Source of the DNA: a virus
Direction: 5' to 3' (one strand)
DNA: 64,000 bases
IMG/VR virus record: IMGVR_UViG_3300042503_001836
Coordinates: 32,001 to 96,000 of that record
Made by a program: the position numbers and the translations under genes. How positions within the stretch are numbered: the first letter of the stretch is position 1; every line of letters begins with the position of its first letter. The notes below the pieces were generated by a model. That model worked only from the letters and a program-made list of their open reading frames with translations, did not search any database and was not told the origin of the DNA. Positions 29,332 to 40,300 of the stretch are shown here, in pieces.

Positions 29332-30324
29332 TTAAGGAATATGTGCTGCAAAAGACCCTAATGACAAATTTGCTCCAGCACCACCAGAGTTTACGTTTCC
29401 TATTTGAGTAAAATATCCTTGTTTAGTCGTGTAATCAACCATCACGTAGGCATTCTCCCCACCAATCCAATAAGTATTCAATCTTATCGGTGCTTGAAAC
29501 ATTTCTACTGGAAAATTAATAATAGGGCTGTGACCTCTTGCTCCTAGTTCTCCATACCAGACAAAAGATTGAACAAGATTGTTCAGCGTATAAAAATATC
29601 TTTGGCATTTTTGCAATTCAACGGCGTAATCATCACAAACAAAAGCAGTAGCAGTAGATCCCTCCTCTAGTTTAGGTCTGGCAATTACCCATGTACCGGA
29701 AGTTTGCGCTCCTACCCTTAGTCTTACTTCCAATCCGTTAGATACCTCAGCAGGTAAGGTTACAGTAGCACTATATCTTGTAAGTGTTGAGTTTACTGTC
29801 CATGTTCCACTTGCCACAACTGTCTGAGTAGGGGATGCTATTGTACCATGCGCATCTACTGTAGTGGATGGTCTAAAAAATTCCCACGTCACAGTTGATA
29901 ATTGTGAATTTGATAGTTCTACACTCAAAGTCACTTGCTTTGAGCGCAATCTAATTGCATCAATGGATTCTATTCTTTGTAATACATGAATAGCCGTAGT
30001 TGATGCTGCACCTCCTAGAGTTAAAGTTTGATTAGCCGTGCTAAAAGCGTAGGTAGGTGTACCACCAGATGCAGCAATACACCACTCTGTTTCACTAGGG
30101 TATCCTAAAGATGCCGTAGGTAAAGTAAGAGAGTTAGTGAGTGTACCTGATGATCCAGCACCTTGGATCACAGCAAAAGCAGGATTTTTAAAATAATTTG
30201 GATTATTTAATTGAATAGCGACACTCAGTTTAGCTGGTGTCACTGCACCGTCTGCTATCTTAGCCGTCGTAATTGATCCATCTGGAACTGTACCACTACC
30301 AGAATTATTAATGATGATTCCCAT
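29332..30324 (-). CDS. tail fibre / receptor-binding protein
   Basis: DGSITTAKIADGAVT repeat; PKLEEGSTATAF..ELQKCQRYF module; ends AHIP. Confidence 0.75.
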   Translation of the reverse strand: MGIIINNSGSGTVPDGSITTAKIADGAVTPAKLSVAIQLNNPNYFKNPAFAVIQGAGSSGTLTNSLTLPTASLGYPSETEWCIAASGGTPTYAFSTANQTLTLGGAASTTAIHVLQRIESIDAIRLRSKQVTLSVELSNSQLSTVTWEFFRPSTTVDAHGTIASPTQTVVASGTWTVNSTLTRYSATVTLPAEVSNGLEVRLRVGAQTSGTWVIARPKLEEGSTATAFVCDDYAVELQKCQRYFYTLNNLVQSFVWYGELGARGHSPIINFPVEMFQAPIRLNTYWIGGENAYVMVDYTTKQGYFTQIGNVNSGGAGANLSLGSFAAHIP

Positions 30325-31193
30325 TATACAATCTCCGTAATTCTTGCAAATCCATTGGCACTACTCCATATTCCTCTAATTTCACCTGAATAATCCTCAC
30401 CATTAAAAGTTGCAAAAGATGGTGTATTCCCTACTCTAGCAGGTAGAAAGATAGAAAAGTTGGTTGTACTAGCCGCACTAGCATTTAATACAATATATAA
30501 ATCTGAAGCTGAGTCATTAACAATAATTACAGTTTTTCTATCATTGTTAGCTACTAATAATATTACTGACGTTGCGCTACTGGCGACGTTAGATATTGTT
30601 GATGTGGCTGCAAAAGATTGAACTACAGAAATAGATCCTGAAGGTGCTTTTGCTCCCAAAGATGCCGGAATTTTACCGTCAATACTACTTAATGAGTTAT
30701 TACCAGTAGTTTGTAAGGCACTTGTAGACGCACCAGTAGGTAATGACACTGTACCGGAAATATTAGCAATTGAGCCAATAGTATTTGTACCGCTATTAAT
30801 TCCTACAGAAGTTGGTGGTGTTAATGTTGTTAATTGTGCAGCAGGTAATACTACAGGCACACTACCACTAGCTAAAGCCTGACCTAAATTAGGTAATTTA
30901 GTATTTATACTAGCTAAATTACCACCAGATTCTAATGCAAGTGCAGATGTGTTTAAATTAGTTCCTGCATTAGCAATAAAGCTAGTGTTGGTGAAAGTAA
31001 GATCAGGTGCGGTACCAATATTAAAAGTAGGGATAGTAGTAAACGCTGGTAATGTACCACTAATTCCTACATTCCAAGTCCCTAATTGTACTGCCGTAAA
31101 TTCAGGGACATAAGGATCTGCAAGTGTTCCGCTTCCTGTAGCTTTTCTGTAGGCTGTTGCGCCTGTCACATCTATATACGGCTGATGTGCCAT
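30324..31193 (-). CDS. putative tail fibre / virion structural protein
   Basis: Gly/Ser/Thr/Ala-rich; lies directly after the gpJ-like gene. Confidence 0.6.
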   Translation of the reverse strand: MAHQPYIDVTGATAYRKATGSGTLADPYVPEFTAVQLGTWNVGISGTLPAFTTIPTFNIGTAPDLTFTNTSFIANAGTNLNTSALALESGGNLASINTKLPNLGQALASGSVPVVLPAAQLTTLTPPTSVGINSGTNTIGSIANISGTVSLPTGASTSALQTTGNNSLSSIDGKIPASLGAKAPSGSISVVQSFAATSTISNVASSATSVILLVANNDRKTVIIVNDSASDLYIVLNASAASTTNFSIFLPARVGNTPSFATFNGEDYSGEIRGIWSSANGFARITEIV

Positions 31194-31195
31194 TT

Positions 31196-33520
31196 TTAAA
31201 ATTCTCCTGTAAACACTGTGAAATATTGATTACTTACGTCTGCCGTCGCTTGTGGTGCAGATGGTGCTTCTACAAAAGTGCTAACTTTATTATTAGTTGT
31301 GATAGCAGCTACCCTCACATAGAAGAATCCGTTACCTACATTTTCCCACCTAGCTGATAGTTCAGTAGTTACTTGAGTAGAACCCCATTCAGCCGTTGCA
31401 CCTCTTTTAAATTCAACTTTATATCTATCAGTATATGGTTCTTCTATAGTAACACCATTTACTTCCTTTGTAGGACGTTGCCACGATGCAACAAGTGTAA
31501 AACTTGTTCTTTCACCGTAGTTAATTCTTTGTATTCGGCAAGCAACATCTCTAGGTGGTGAGGCTACTATTGGTAGTCTTGCCACCGGAATAATTACTGG
31601 TACTTTTATCCCTGATTCAATCTGATTGTAATAATCTGCACTATAAGTTTTAGCAGTAATATCAAAAACATTCAGATTATCTTCAACTGGATTTACTTCT
31701 GTAATTCGGTAAAGCTGTGTCCTGCTTATAGTATCTATTATTTGCCAAGGTGATCCCGGTGCAGGTAAATCTGTTAAAGGTGTAGCTAGATTAATTTCTG
31801 TAAATGTTCCTGCCCCATTGCTAATTAACCTTTCTACAACTGTTTCATCTGGTAATGTTAATAAAATCTTTTTGTCTGTACTCCCTGTTAATGCTAATGG
31901 TGAATCAATTATTATTTTTGTGCTAGTTACATCTGAAACTAAACCACCGTTTCTAATTCTATTTTTAGCACTATCCGCCACTTGGATTACATCACCAGGC
32001 GAAAAAAACATAGCACGTGTTCTGACTCTACAAGTCAAAGTTATATTATTAGGTTGTGATCCTAAAATAGTCCGTCGTCCCGATCTAATAGCTGCGCCTC
32101 GCCGGGTTTCTCCTAATAAAGCATACTCTTCTACTTGCACGCCATAACGTTGAATTGCTGAAATATCTTCTACTATTTCTGGTATTAATTCCCAGTCTTC
32201 AATTGTAGATTGGTAAGATACCTTAGCAACTGTTGTGACTGTATTTAATTCTGGCGTTTGATAAGCAAATTTACCATCTTCTACATCAGCATTAGTGAGG
32301 ACTTTAGGTAACGCTATTGTGGGTCTGTCTTGCCAAAAACTAATCTGTGATCCGTTCCAATATGGTTTTGCATACATACTAGAACAGATAGCGCGAATCA
32401 TTTCTAATACTATTTCCTGACCGCCTGACCCTAAAATAGTATTAAATAAAAATCTACGTTCCGTCCCACCACCACCATTAGATACAAACTGATTATTATA
32501 GACACTACATTGATATAAAGCATATTTATCTATATATTGACTAGGAATACCTAAATTAAATCTTGGCTCTGTAAGCAACTTCCAGACCACCCAAGCAGGG
32601 TCTGCCGTTGCTCTATCCGGTGTATAAAAGCTACCATTCCAACCACCGCTATAATCAATTCCATTATCAGTTGTATTGATAGTTGCATTAGTTGGGATGT
32701 CGCAAATCATCCCTCTCACTTTTGCCCATATTTCTGGAGTAGATTGAAAAGTTTTTGCAGGAAATTGTACACTTAGTAATGCCGTATTTAAGTAGGCTAT
32801 TCTATCGCTCGTAATTTCCGTATAACTAATCCATCTTAAATTAGCTGTTATGTAGCTGGTTTTTGGCGGAATTGGACTAGGCGGTTCTTGAGGATATAGC
32901 TTTACTACCCTAACTTCAAAATAACTTTCATTTCTATTAACAGCAAAACGATAATTAAACGCAACTTGATCAGAATATCTAGCAGTGATATCTTGTGAAT
33001 GTCTTAGTACAAACGCACCATTAATACCTTCTTTTATATATATTTGAAACCCTATGCTTGTCTGTCTAATATCGCCATTTGCATCATTATATTGCAACTG
33101 GAAACCAAGTCTAACTTGAATTTCTGTTAAATCAGCATTTGATATAGTTCGTGTTTGCGGAAGCCCAAATTTAACTTCGACATTCAGAGGATTGTCTGAA
33201 AAAGTAGCATCTATTAAATTATATGCTTGTCCTGTGGAAAGAGTACCATTAGTACTGCTGACAGTCACATTAGCAAAATTAAAAGAGCCGTCCGGATTTT
33301 GAAAAGGCGTTTTGTCAAAATAAACCCCTTGAAACCCGCCAATTAGTCCCCCAATGGGGCCCTCGCACATTCCTAAAACTAACTTAACATAATCATTAGT
33401 TACCCCTGAAATAGAGTCAATGATTTGTTGTCTAACTTGCTGTGCTTGCTGTTGAGGTGAGGAGCTACTACCACCACCACCGCCAAATAAACCGCCTGAA
33501 CCTGACAAATTTTTTGTCAT
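31196..33520 (-). CDS. lambda gpJ-like central tail tip / host-specificity protein
   Basis: CEGPIGGL, VYFDKTP, WNGSF...TADPAWVVW.LLT.PRF.LG, IDKYALY..S.Y, FSPGDVIQVAD, FN3-like C-terminus. Confidence 0.9.
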   Translation of the reverse strand: MTKNLSGSGGLFGGGGGSSSSPQQQAQQVRQQIIDSISGVTNDYVKLVLGMCEGPIGGLIGGFQGVYFDKTPFQNPDGSFNFANVTVSSTNGTLSTGQAYNLIDATFSDNPLNVEVKFGLPQTRTISNADLTEIQVRLGFQLQYNDANGDIRQTSIGFQIYIKEGINGAFVLRHSQDITARYSDQVAFNYRFAVNRNESYFEVRVVKLYPQEPPSPIPPKTSYITANLRWISYTEITSDRIAYLNTALLSVQFPAKTFQSTPEIWAKVRGMICDIPTNATINTTDNGIDYSGGWNGSFYTPDRATADPAWVVWKLLTEPRFNLGIPSQYIDKYALYQCSVYNNQFVSNGGGGTERRFLFNTILGSGGQEIVLEMIRAICSSMYAKPYWNGSQISFWQDRPTIALPKVLTNADVEDGKFAYQTPELNTVTTVAKVSYQSTIEDWELIPEIVEDISAIQRYGVQVEEYALLGETRRGAAIRSGRRTILGSQPNNITLTCRVRTRAMFFSPGDVIQVADSAKNRIRNGGLVSDVTSTKIIIDSPLALTGSTDKKILLTLPDETVVERLISNGAGTFTEINLATPLTDLPAPGSPWQIIDTISRTQLYRITEVNPVEDNLNVFDITAKTYSADYYNQIESGIKVPVIIPVARLPIVASPPRDVACRIQRINYGERTSFTLVASWQRPTKEVNGVTIEEPYTDRYKVEFKRGATAEWGSTQVTTELSARWENVGNGFFYVRVAAITTNNKVSTFVEAPSAPQATADVSNQYFTVFTGEF

Positions 33521-33534
33521 ATTTTTCAAGTTCC

Positions 33535-34140
33535 TTATGCACTATAGCTAGATGTGATTTCGACAGATAAAACTTGAAAGTTTTTAACTAAAACCTCACC
33601 AAATACTAAAGGTATAGGCGTACCTTCTTTAGTCATATATCCTGGACTTTGGAAGAAAGAGGATCTTCTATCATCCATGCTTATTTCACTTGGATCATTA
33701 TTCATATGTGTGCTAGGATTACCAAAAAGCACAGATTGTAACAACCCTGTTGCACCTGATATAATCAACCCCCAGCCTAAATTCACAGCTATAGCACCAA
33801 CGCCTGTAATAGTTGTCAACGCTATCCCAATCCCAATCATGGCAACGCTAGTGATGAATTTCCCAACCTCTCCAGATCCTTGGATAGCTGGTGTGATTTC
33901 TACAGTTAACCCTGTAATAGGTAATAGTAATTCTGGTGAATTTTCATCAACTTCTCTTTCCCAATTAGGTGCTTTAATAATAATTGAATAAACCCAATCA
34001 GTACCTAATACATAATGTTTGAAGTTTTCAAAATAACAACATAGAAAGTTGATTGTTTCTCTAACCGTATGCACATCAGCTTGTAATTCTGGTAAAAATT
34101 CCTTACCTAAAGCACCATTTAATTTAATAGTAGTTAGCAT
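33535..34140 (-). CDS. lambda gpI-like tail assembly protein
   Basis: IKLNGALGKEF, ITPAIQGSG, hydrophobic middle, EGTPIPLVFGEVLV. Confidence 0.88.
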   Translation of the reverse strand: MLTTIKLNGALGKEFLPELQADVHTVRETINFLCCYFENFKHYVLGTDWVYSIIIKAPNWEREVDENSPELLLPITGLTVEITPAIQGSGEVGKFITSVAMIGIGIALTTITGVGAIAVNLGWGLIISGATGLLQSVLFGNPSTHMNNDPSEISMDDRRSSFFQSPGYMTKEGTPIPLVFGEVLVKNFQVLSVEITSSYSA

Positions 34141-34892
34141 ATTTCTTTTAATCTCCCATGTAAAAGTGTTCTTTTACGCCAATAATCAGCATACTGCTCT
34201 ATTCTTGACACTGATGAATCTGATGGGGAATGAAGAATAATATTTTCTTCTGGTTTGACCATAACTATAGCATGATTTACTTTCCTACCACCTTTTAAAG
34301 CCACACCGAATACATCATATTTTTGTGGTTGTGTTCCTAACGGCAGCAAGTTAAATTTGTCCATACTCCAAGGACAGTCATAATCTGTTGGCGGAAAGTT
34401 TTCCAATTGAGTTCTATGAAATTCCCCAATATCCACATTTAAAGTTCCCAATAGATACCTTCGGACAATTGCAAAACAGTCAGACCGTCCCCAATGAAAT
34501 CTAGTGTTTAAATAAAATTCTAAATCTTGTGGTTTGTAGTCTTTTTTCTCTAGTGGAAACGGATCTGGATTGTTAGCCTCATAATAGTCCCACACATCAA
34601 AACCAGAATGATAAAGAATAATAGGTTTTTGGCTTTGATGAGCAAGTTCAATATCTGTATAGGTAAAATACCCCGACTGACCTTCTTTATGGTGTGTATG
34701 CCAAATAGCCGTAATATCTGAGTAGTTAAATTCCGCTAAGTCAGTAGCGGCTATTGTAAAATGATTTGTTGGATCATCATGAATGTTATTTAAAACAATG
34801 GCATTACCATCGATAACAATGCCACAGATTTCCTTATCCGTCCCTAAAGCAGCCGTTTTAATTTGTAATTTAATTAAGTCTGGTATTAGCAT
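34134..34892 (-). CDS. lambda gpK-like tail protein (JAB/MPN + NlpC/P60)
   Basis: EICGIV, WHTHH...D (JAB); WGRSDCFAIVR, NHA, ILH (NlpC). Confidence 0.88.
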   Translation of the reverse strand: MLIPDLIKLQIKTAALGTDKEICGIVIDGNAIVLNNIHDDPTNHFTIAATDLAEFNYSDITAIWHTHHKEGQSGYFTYTDIELAHQSQKPIILYHSGFDVWDYYEANNPDPFPLEKKDYKPQDLEFYLNTRFHWGRSDCFAIVRRYLLGTLNVDIGEFHRTQLENFPPTDYDCPWSMDKFNLLPLGTQPQKYDVFGVALKGGRKVNHAIVMVKPEENIILHSPSDSSVSRIEQYADYWRKRTLLHGRLKEIC

Positions 34893-34971
34893 AGAATCAT
34901 TTTTTAGCTATCACTAAATATAGCACACATAGATAAATGCTACAATAAAATAAAAGTTAAATCAATAAAAT

Positions 34972-36882
34972 ATGTTAAACACTAATATTCTTTCTCCCAA
35001 AGTCCAGGCATTAGTATCAACCTGGATAGGGATGGTACAACAGTCAGATAAAAACATAGCTAACACTTATGTAGAAATGCTTAAGGATTCGCCAGTAGCC
35101 AGCGCGGCTAACGACTTGCGAATAATGTTAGGTGTTTCCATGTTAGATAAATACCAGCATCCAGACCCAGACATTCAACATTTTGTAAGAACGTCTATCA
35201 ACGCAATGGAGGGTAGTTGGTTAAATGTTGTCTCACAAATGCTGACATTTATTCCTTTTGGTAAATCGTTCTCAGAAGTAAGTTACAAGATTAAAAAAAG
35301 AAAAGCCCATTTAGATATTATCAGAACAGTAGATCCTAGATATTATTGGTTTGAAGGCTTTAACGGACAAATAAGCCGGGTACATTATCTAAGGTTTAGC
35401 GATATCTATATTCCCTATGAAAATGGTATTCATTTAATTAACCAGCCTTACATTGCTTTAGGTGGCGATCCTCATGGCGTGGCTATTTGCCGTCGTGCCT
35501 ATCCTTACTGGGAACTAACAAAAGTAATCAACGCTTGTATGGCTGTGGCATCAGAAAGACAGGCTACCAAATTGTTAGTAGGAAAAACTGACACTGGTAA
35601 TAATTCCGTTAGCATGATTAATCCTGAAACTGGACAGCCTTATATAGATCCAAATACAGGTGAACCTAGATTATTTAATCAGGGTTATGTGATGTCTAGA
35701 AACTTAGAAGATATCAAAAATAATTCCTATGCCGTGATTGATCTAGCTGATGAAATTGAGGCGATCGCACATGAATCCGACGGTCGTTTCTTCATCAATA
35801 TCTTAGGCTACCTAGAATCAATGATTATGCTATCCTGGTTAGTCCCTCGCACAGTTACAGGAACAGGAACAGTCAGCAGTGGTGATAGTAACCTAAACGA
35901 AGGGCATCAAAACATTCTTAGATTAGTGACTAGATCCCAAATGCAGATAGTAGGGGAAGCATTAGTAGAGCAAGCGATTCGTCCAATGTTGGAGTTTAAC
36001 TTTGGCGAGTTAGACGACTATGGCACTTTTCCCCTTGTCATAGAAGATAATATAGACACAATCACGCTATTAAACATCATTAATAATTGTGTGAATACCG
36101 GAACTTTTAGCAAATATGATTTAGACGTACTCAATAAAATGAGAACATTAGCAGGTATCACAGCCTTAGAAGAATTACCTAATGAGGAGGTAGAACTCAA
36201 CCAAAAAAAGTATCAACTTGACTTATTAACTAAGTCAAAGAACCAAGAATCAACTAACTTTACCTGGAATAAAAAAAGCCAACGTTATCACTATGCCAAC
36301 GGTTCTAAGAAAGGTCGGTTTGTTAAAGAAAGTCAGATAGAGCAGTTAACAGAACAAGCGATTAAAGATCATTTAGAACTAGGCGAAGTTGTGAATAACG
36401 CCTTATTTTCTGGAAAAATTAACGTTGCTAGATGGGAACGGCAAACAGCAGAACTATTAAGAAGTTTAGCTATCTATCAATATGCTTTAGGTATAGGTGG
36501 CGCAAAACAAATGGACTGGCAGGACTACTCATTAATTAATGGTCAATTAAATCTTGAGTATCAATATCTGCGTAGATTTTCACGAGATATTTTAAGAGGC
36601 AATCTATCTGAAGCACAGATAGAAGCGCGTATAAAAATGTACTATAACAAAACTAATCACTTTAAAGAACGCGGCAGACTAGAAGGGCATAAACGTAATG
36701 GTTATTTATGGGAACGTAGAGTAATAGCAGCAAACCATAGCTGTGATGATTGTATTCGTTATACTGGGATGGGATGGGCGCAAATTGGTACACTGCCTAA
36801 CCCTGGAGAAAACTGTCAATGTAAGTCTAATTGTAAATGCGTAAAATACTACTCAAACTCACTAATAATGCCAAAACTATGA
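34972..36882 (+). CDS. portal protein (DUF935/Mu gp29-like) fused to a head-morphogenesis (MuF-like) domain
   Basis: FGKSFSEV, GDPHG...RRAYPYW, IRPMLEFNFG; C-terminal CDDC...PG..CQCKSNCKC. Confidence 0.72.
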   Translation: MLNTNILSPKVQALVSTWIGMVQQSDKNIANTYVEMLKDSPVASAANDLRIMLGVSMLDKYQHPDPDIQHFVRTSINAMEGSWLNVVSQMLTFIPFGKSFSEVSYKIKKRKAHLDIIRTVDPRYYWFEGFNGQISRVHYLRFSDIYIPYENGIHLINQPYIALGGDPHGVAICRRAYPYWELTKVINACMAVASERQATKLLVGKTDTGNNSVSMINPETGQPYIDPNTGEPRLFNQGYVMSRNLEDIKNNSYAVIDLADEIEAIAHESDGRFFINILGYLESMIMLSWLVPRTVTGTGTVSSGDSNLNEGHQNILRLVTRSQMQIVGEALVEQAIRPMLEFNFGELDDYGTFPLVIEDNIDTITLLNIINNCVNTGTFSKYDLDVLNKMRTLAGITALEELPNEEVELNQKKYQLDLLTKSKNQESTNFTWNKKSQRYHYANGSKKGRFVKESQIEQLTEQAIKDHLELGEVVNNALFSGKINVARWERQTAELLRSLAIYQYALGIGGAKQMDWQDYSLINGQLNLEYQYLRRFSRDILRGNLSEAQIEARIKMYYNKTNHFKERGRLEGHKRNGYLWERRVIAANHSCDDCIRYTGMGWAQIGTLPNPGENCQCKSNCKCVKYYSNSLIMPKL

Positions 36883-37064
36883 AAAACACCACTGTATTAC
36901 CGGGAATATTTGCCACGCTTAGTACCATATTAGCCCTAGCTGTATTGTATGCCCCTAACTTATCAGATGCTAAAAGCAGTGGCGCGTTCAATATTTCCCT
37001 AGCTTTAGCTTCAGGCAGTGCCGGATTAGCAGTATCAGATAAAGAAAAGCATGACCACAACTAA
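36879..37064 (+). CDS. small membrane protein, possible holin
   Basis: Two hydrophobic segments and a charged C-terminus; ATGA overlap with the portal stop. Confidence 0.4.
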   Translation: MKNTTVLPGIFATLSTILALAVLYAPNLSDAKSSGAFNISLALASGSAGLAVSDKEKHDHN

Positions 37065-37224
37065 ATTCACTCCTAAACCTGAAACATTACCACCCATAGG
37101 TGATCTGATGACAGAATTAACTTTAAATACAGATGTAGTAGAAAACATCCTTAAAGAGTTCATAGATAATCCGCCTATACCAGAATTAGCTAATTTAATA
37201 TTAGCTGAACCCGATGATGATTAA
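37051..37224 (+). CDS. 57-aa acidic hypothetical protein (not in ORF track)
   Basis: MTTTKFTPKPETL...AEPDDD*; overlaps the previous ORF. Confidence 0.45.
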   Translation: MTTTKFTPKPETLPPIGDLMTELTLNTDVVENILKEFIDNPPIPELANLILAEPDDD

Positions 37225-37321
37225 TATTTGTAGTAGAATATGAGAACCATCTTTTTAATCTCAAAAAAAGCAGTTAGCTAATCATAGCTGACTGCAATTT
37301 TTTTATGTTGATTTAGATATA

Positions 37322-40300
37322 TTATCTGTTGTAAGGATTACCACGATTAATAGAACCGCCTACTCTCATTTCCCGACGAATACCATCTGATACCATCGCT
37401 TGTACAGCCTGTGACAGTCTGTAGGTATCTACTTCAGAATCACTGCCAACCTCAACACTTACAGGAACATTTATAGTTGTCGTATTGCCAATCTTAGATG
37501 CCATACTACCGTTACCACCTGCACCTACAACACCACCATTAGCAAACCCAGCCACACCGCTTTGCAACTTATTCCAAATAGCGGTTTCTTTGTGGTTAAG
37601 AACCCGTTCACCTTCAGAAGCAACTATTAAATGAGGCTTACGTCCAGTAATAGATCGCTCCTTATTCATTACCCCAACTATCCCGCCATCAGCAAACATT
37701 GGTAAAGTAGCAAAACCAAAATCTGTAGGAATAGCATCAAATAATCCAGGCGTAGGATTAAATCCCATAGAATTGGCATTAAACACAGAACCAGAGAGAA
37801 TATCAAAAGTGCCACCAAGAAGACTGCTAAAAATATCACCACCCGCGTCCATTGCTGTGTTTGCCACAGTTTGACTACTTAATGTTAAAGCAGCTTGCAT
37901 CAACATTTGCCCAGCTTGGTTTAATGTCATACCTGCCAGGTTGAGTCCATTAGCACCAACACTCAAATCAGCTAAACCTTTAACAGCATTTATACCATCA
38001 GTTGGTTTTTCATCTTTCTTTTTATTTCCAAACAATCCCTCAGTCCAACCAAATAGAGCATCAGTCATGCGTTTAGATGCCATATCAGCTAGAGGATCAA
38101 GGAAACCTTTCATAATAGAGTTAAATAGATCACTTACGGACTCGCCAAACCCTTTTGTACTTAATAGGAACTCCTTAAACCCGCCCCTAAAGCTACTTGT
38201 GACACCTTTAACCACAGTTCCTAACTCAGAGAATTGTAGTTTAATAGCGTCTAGTTTTGCTTCATTAGTCAGCTTGAGATTTTCCCGTAAAGTATTAATC
38301 TGTTCATTAGTTAACTTATTAGCTTCCGTAGCTTCAGCGTTCTTTCTAATAAAATCATCTAACTGAAGCGTAGCCTTAGCAAAATCCATCTGTTGATTAT
38401 TAATAGCCAATTGCTTATCAATCTTTTCAGCACGGAAATCAAGACCATAGGCTTTGAGTAGAGAACTTCTAGACTCTTGTACACCTTTAAATGAATCCTG
38501 GATAAATTGCACTCTTTCTAATAATCTAGAAGGAATATTTGCATTTTCAGCAATACGATCATTTTTTTGTTTTAACTCAATATTTTGTTTATTGCGTTCA
38601 AATTCTTCCTTAACGTAGTCCCTTCTTTTCTTAGCTTCTTCAGAAGAAATAGACCGACTATTTTCTTCATTTGTAATAGCATTAAGTTTTTCTTTATATT
38701 CATTCTCGGTATTTAATAAAGCTAGGTTTGCTTCTAAATCAGCAGTTCTAGCAGACCTTGGATCAAGTGGGTTTAATTGCTGTAATAGTTTACGCTGTTC
38801 AACTTGTTTTTGGAGTAAACTAATTCGGAGTTTTTCAGTTTGTAATGTAACTCCTGTTCGTCTAGATATTTCCTCTCTATTAAATTGTTCTACTCTTGCT
38901 TCAAGTATTTTAGGAGTATTTTGATTTAATTCAGCTAATGCTTTTTTAGCTTGTATATTCTGAAGTACAGTAGTTTTAAAGACCTCGTTATTTGTATTAA
39001 TTGCGTTAAGTGCCTGTTCAGGACTGTCTGGAAATTTCTCTAAAGATGCAACAAAAGCAGCTTTTAGTAATTTTTCATTGTCAATTACACCTTGAGTATC
39101 ACGAACTGTTTTTTCTAACGCTTCTCTCTTTTTCTCTAATGAACGAATAAGCTCTTGATAGCCAATCAAGAATCGTTCAACATTACTCATGTTGGGAGAC
39201 AAGCCCTCTCTTATAGTTTTCCAAATATCTAAATCAGTATCTTTCATACTGCTTTGAATTTGAAACATAGATTCAGTAGTTTGTCTAAGTAAACGATATA
39301 ACCCTAACAATTGCTGTGTTCTGTCTGTTAATAGCTGGGACTCAGTATTCATAGAGTTGGCTGCATTTTGTCCATCGGCTGTATTGAATTTAAGATTTGT
39401 TGCATCTGTAACATTTGATTGCATTTCGTCAGGAGTAAGAGTCCCGCCAGTATTAACTAGTTGATTCAACCTATTAAGATTTTCTTGATAAGTCTTTAAG
39501 AAATTACCATGTTGTCCTTGGGGTGTTCCTTGTCCTTTATATGCACTTCTATTCTTACCCGACTGGATACTGGCATAATGTAGTGCAAGTTTATTTAATA
39601 CAGATGTATCTACTTGACCTTTCAAAACTTGATCTAAAACACCTCTAGATTTTAAGGAATGAATAAAATACAAATCTTGCATACCCGGGCTAAAGCTTGG
39701 TTGATCCTGACCTTGATAGTCTGTCAACTTAAACATATCCGGCATGGCATTTTTACCAAACTGTTTTTTAGCCGCTTGGATAGATGCGTTAAAGTTCATC
39801 ATCTGATAGCGTCCGGCTGCAGTGCTACTGTTGTTAATCCACTTAATCCAAGTTGGTTTCCTACCAGTTCCCACATAGGGATGTTTAGAGAAATCAGTAA
39901 CATTCTCACCACCAATCGTTAGACCATAGCCAAAGTTCCTAGTATTTTTTCTAAAATCAGAACCCTCAGCATTAGCCACAGCATTAGCCAAAGCTAAAAT
40001 ATACTTATTCTTACGCAGTTCATAAAGTTGTTTACCAAGTGGGGTTAGTTTTGCATACTCTTCAGGGCTTAAGTCATTACCACCTTGAGATATTCCTGAA
40101 GAATTTTTAATACCTATCGTACCAGGTACAGGCGGTAATATGGGAACGGGTTGTCTTTTTGGCAACGGCTTAACCTGTGATGCGACATTCTTAGCTATTT
40201 CTACCGCACCAACAGCTTGATCAAAGACAAAACTCTTAATACCCGTACTCTTTAATGCTTGCTTAAATTTATTAAATTCTGCTTCGTTAGCAAATACAAT

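Noticed and set aside
26632-30324. Diversity-generating retroelement or invertase shufflon acting on the fibres
   Set aside because: No reverse transcriptase in the window, tip differences are not adenine-specific, and all cassettes are in direct orientation with no inverted crossover sites.
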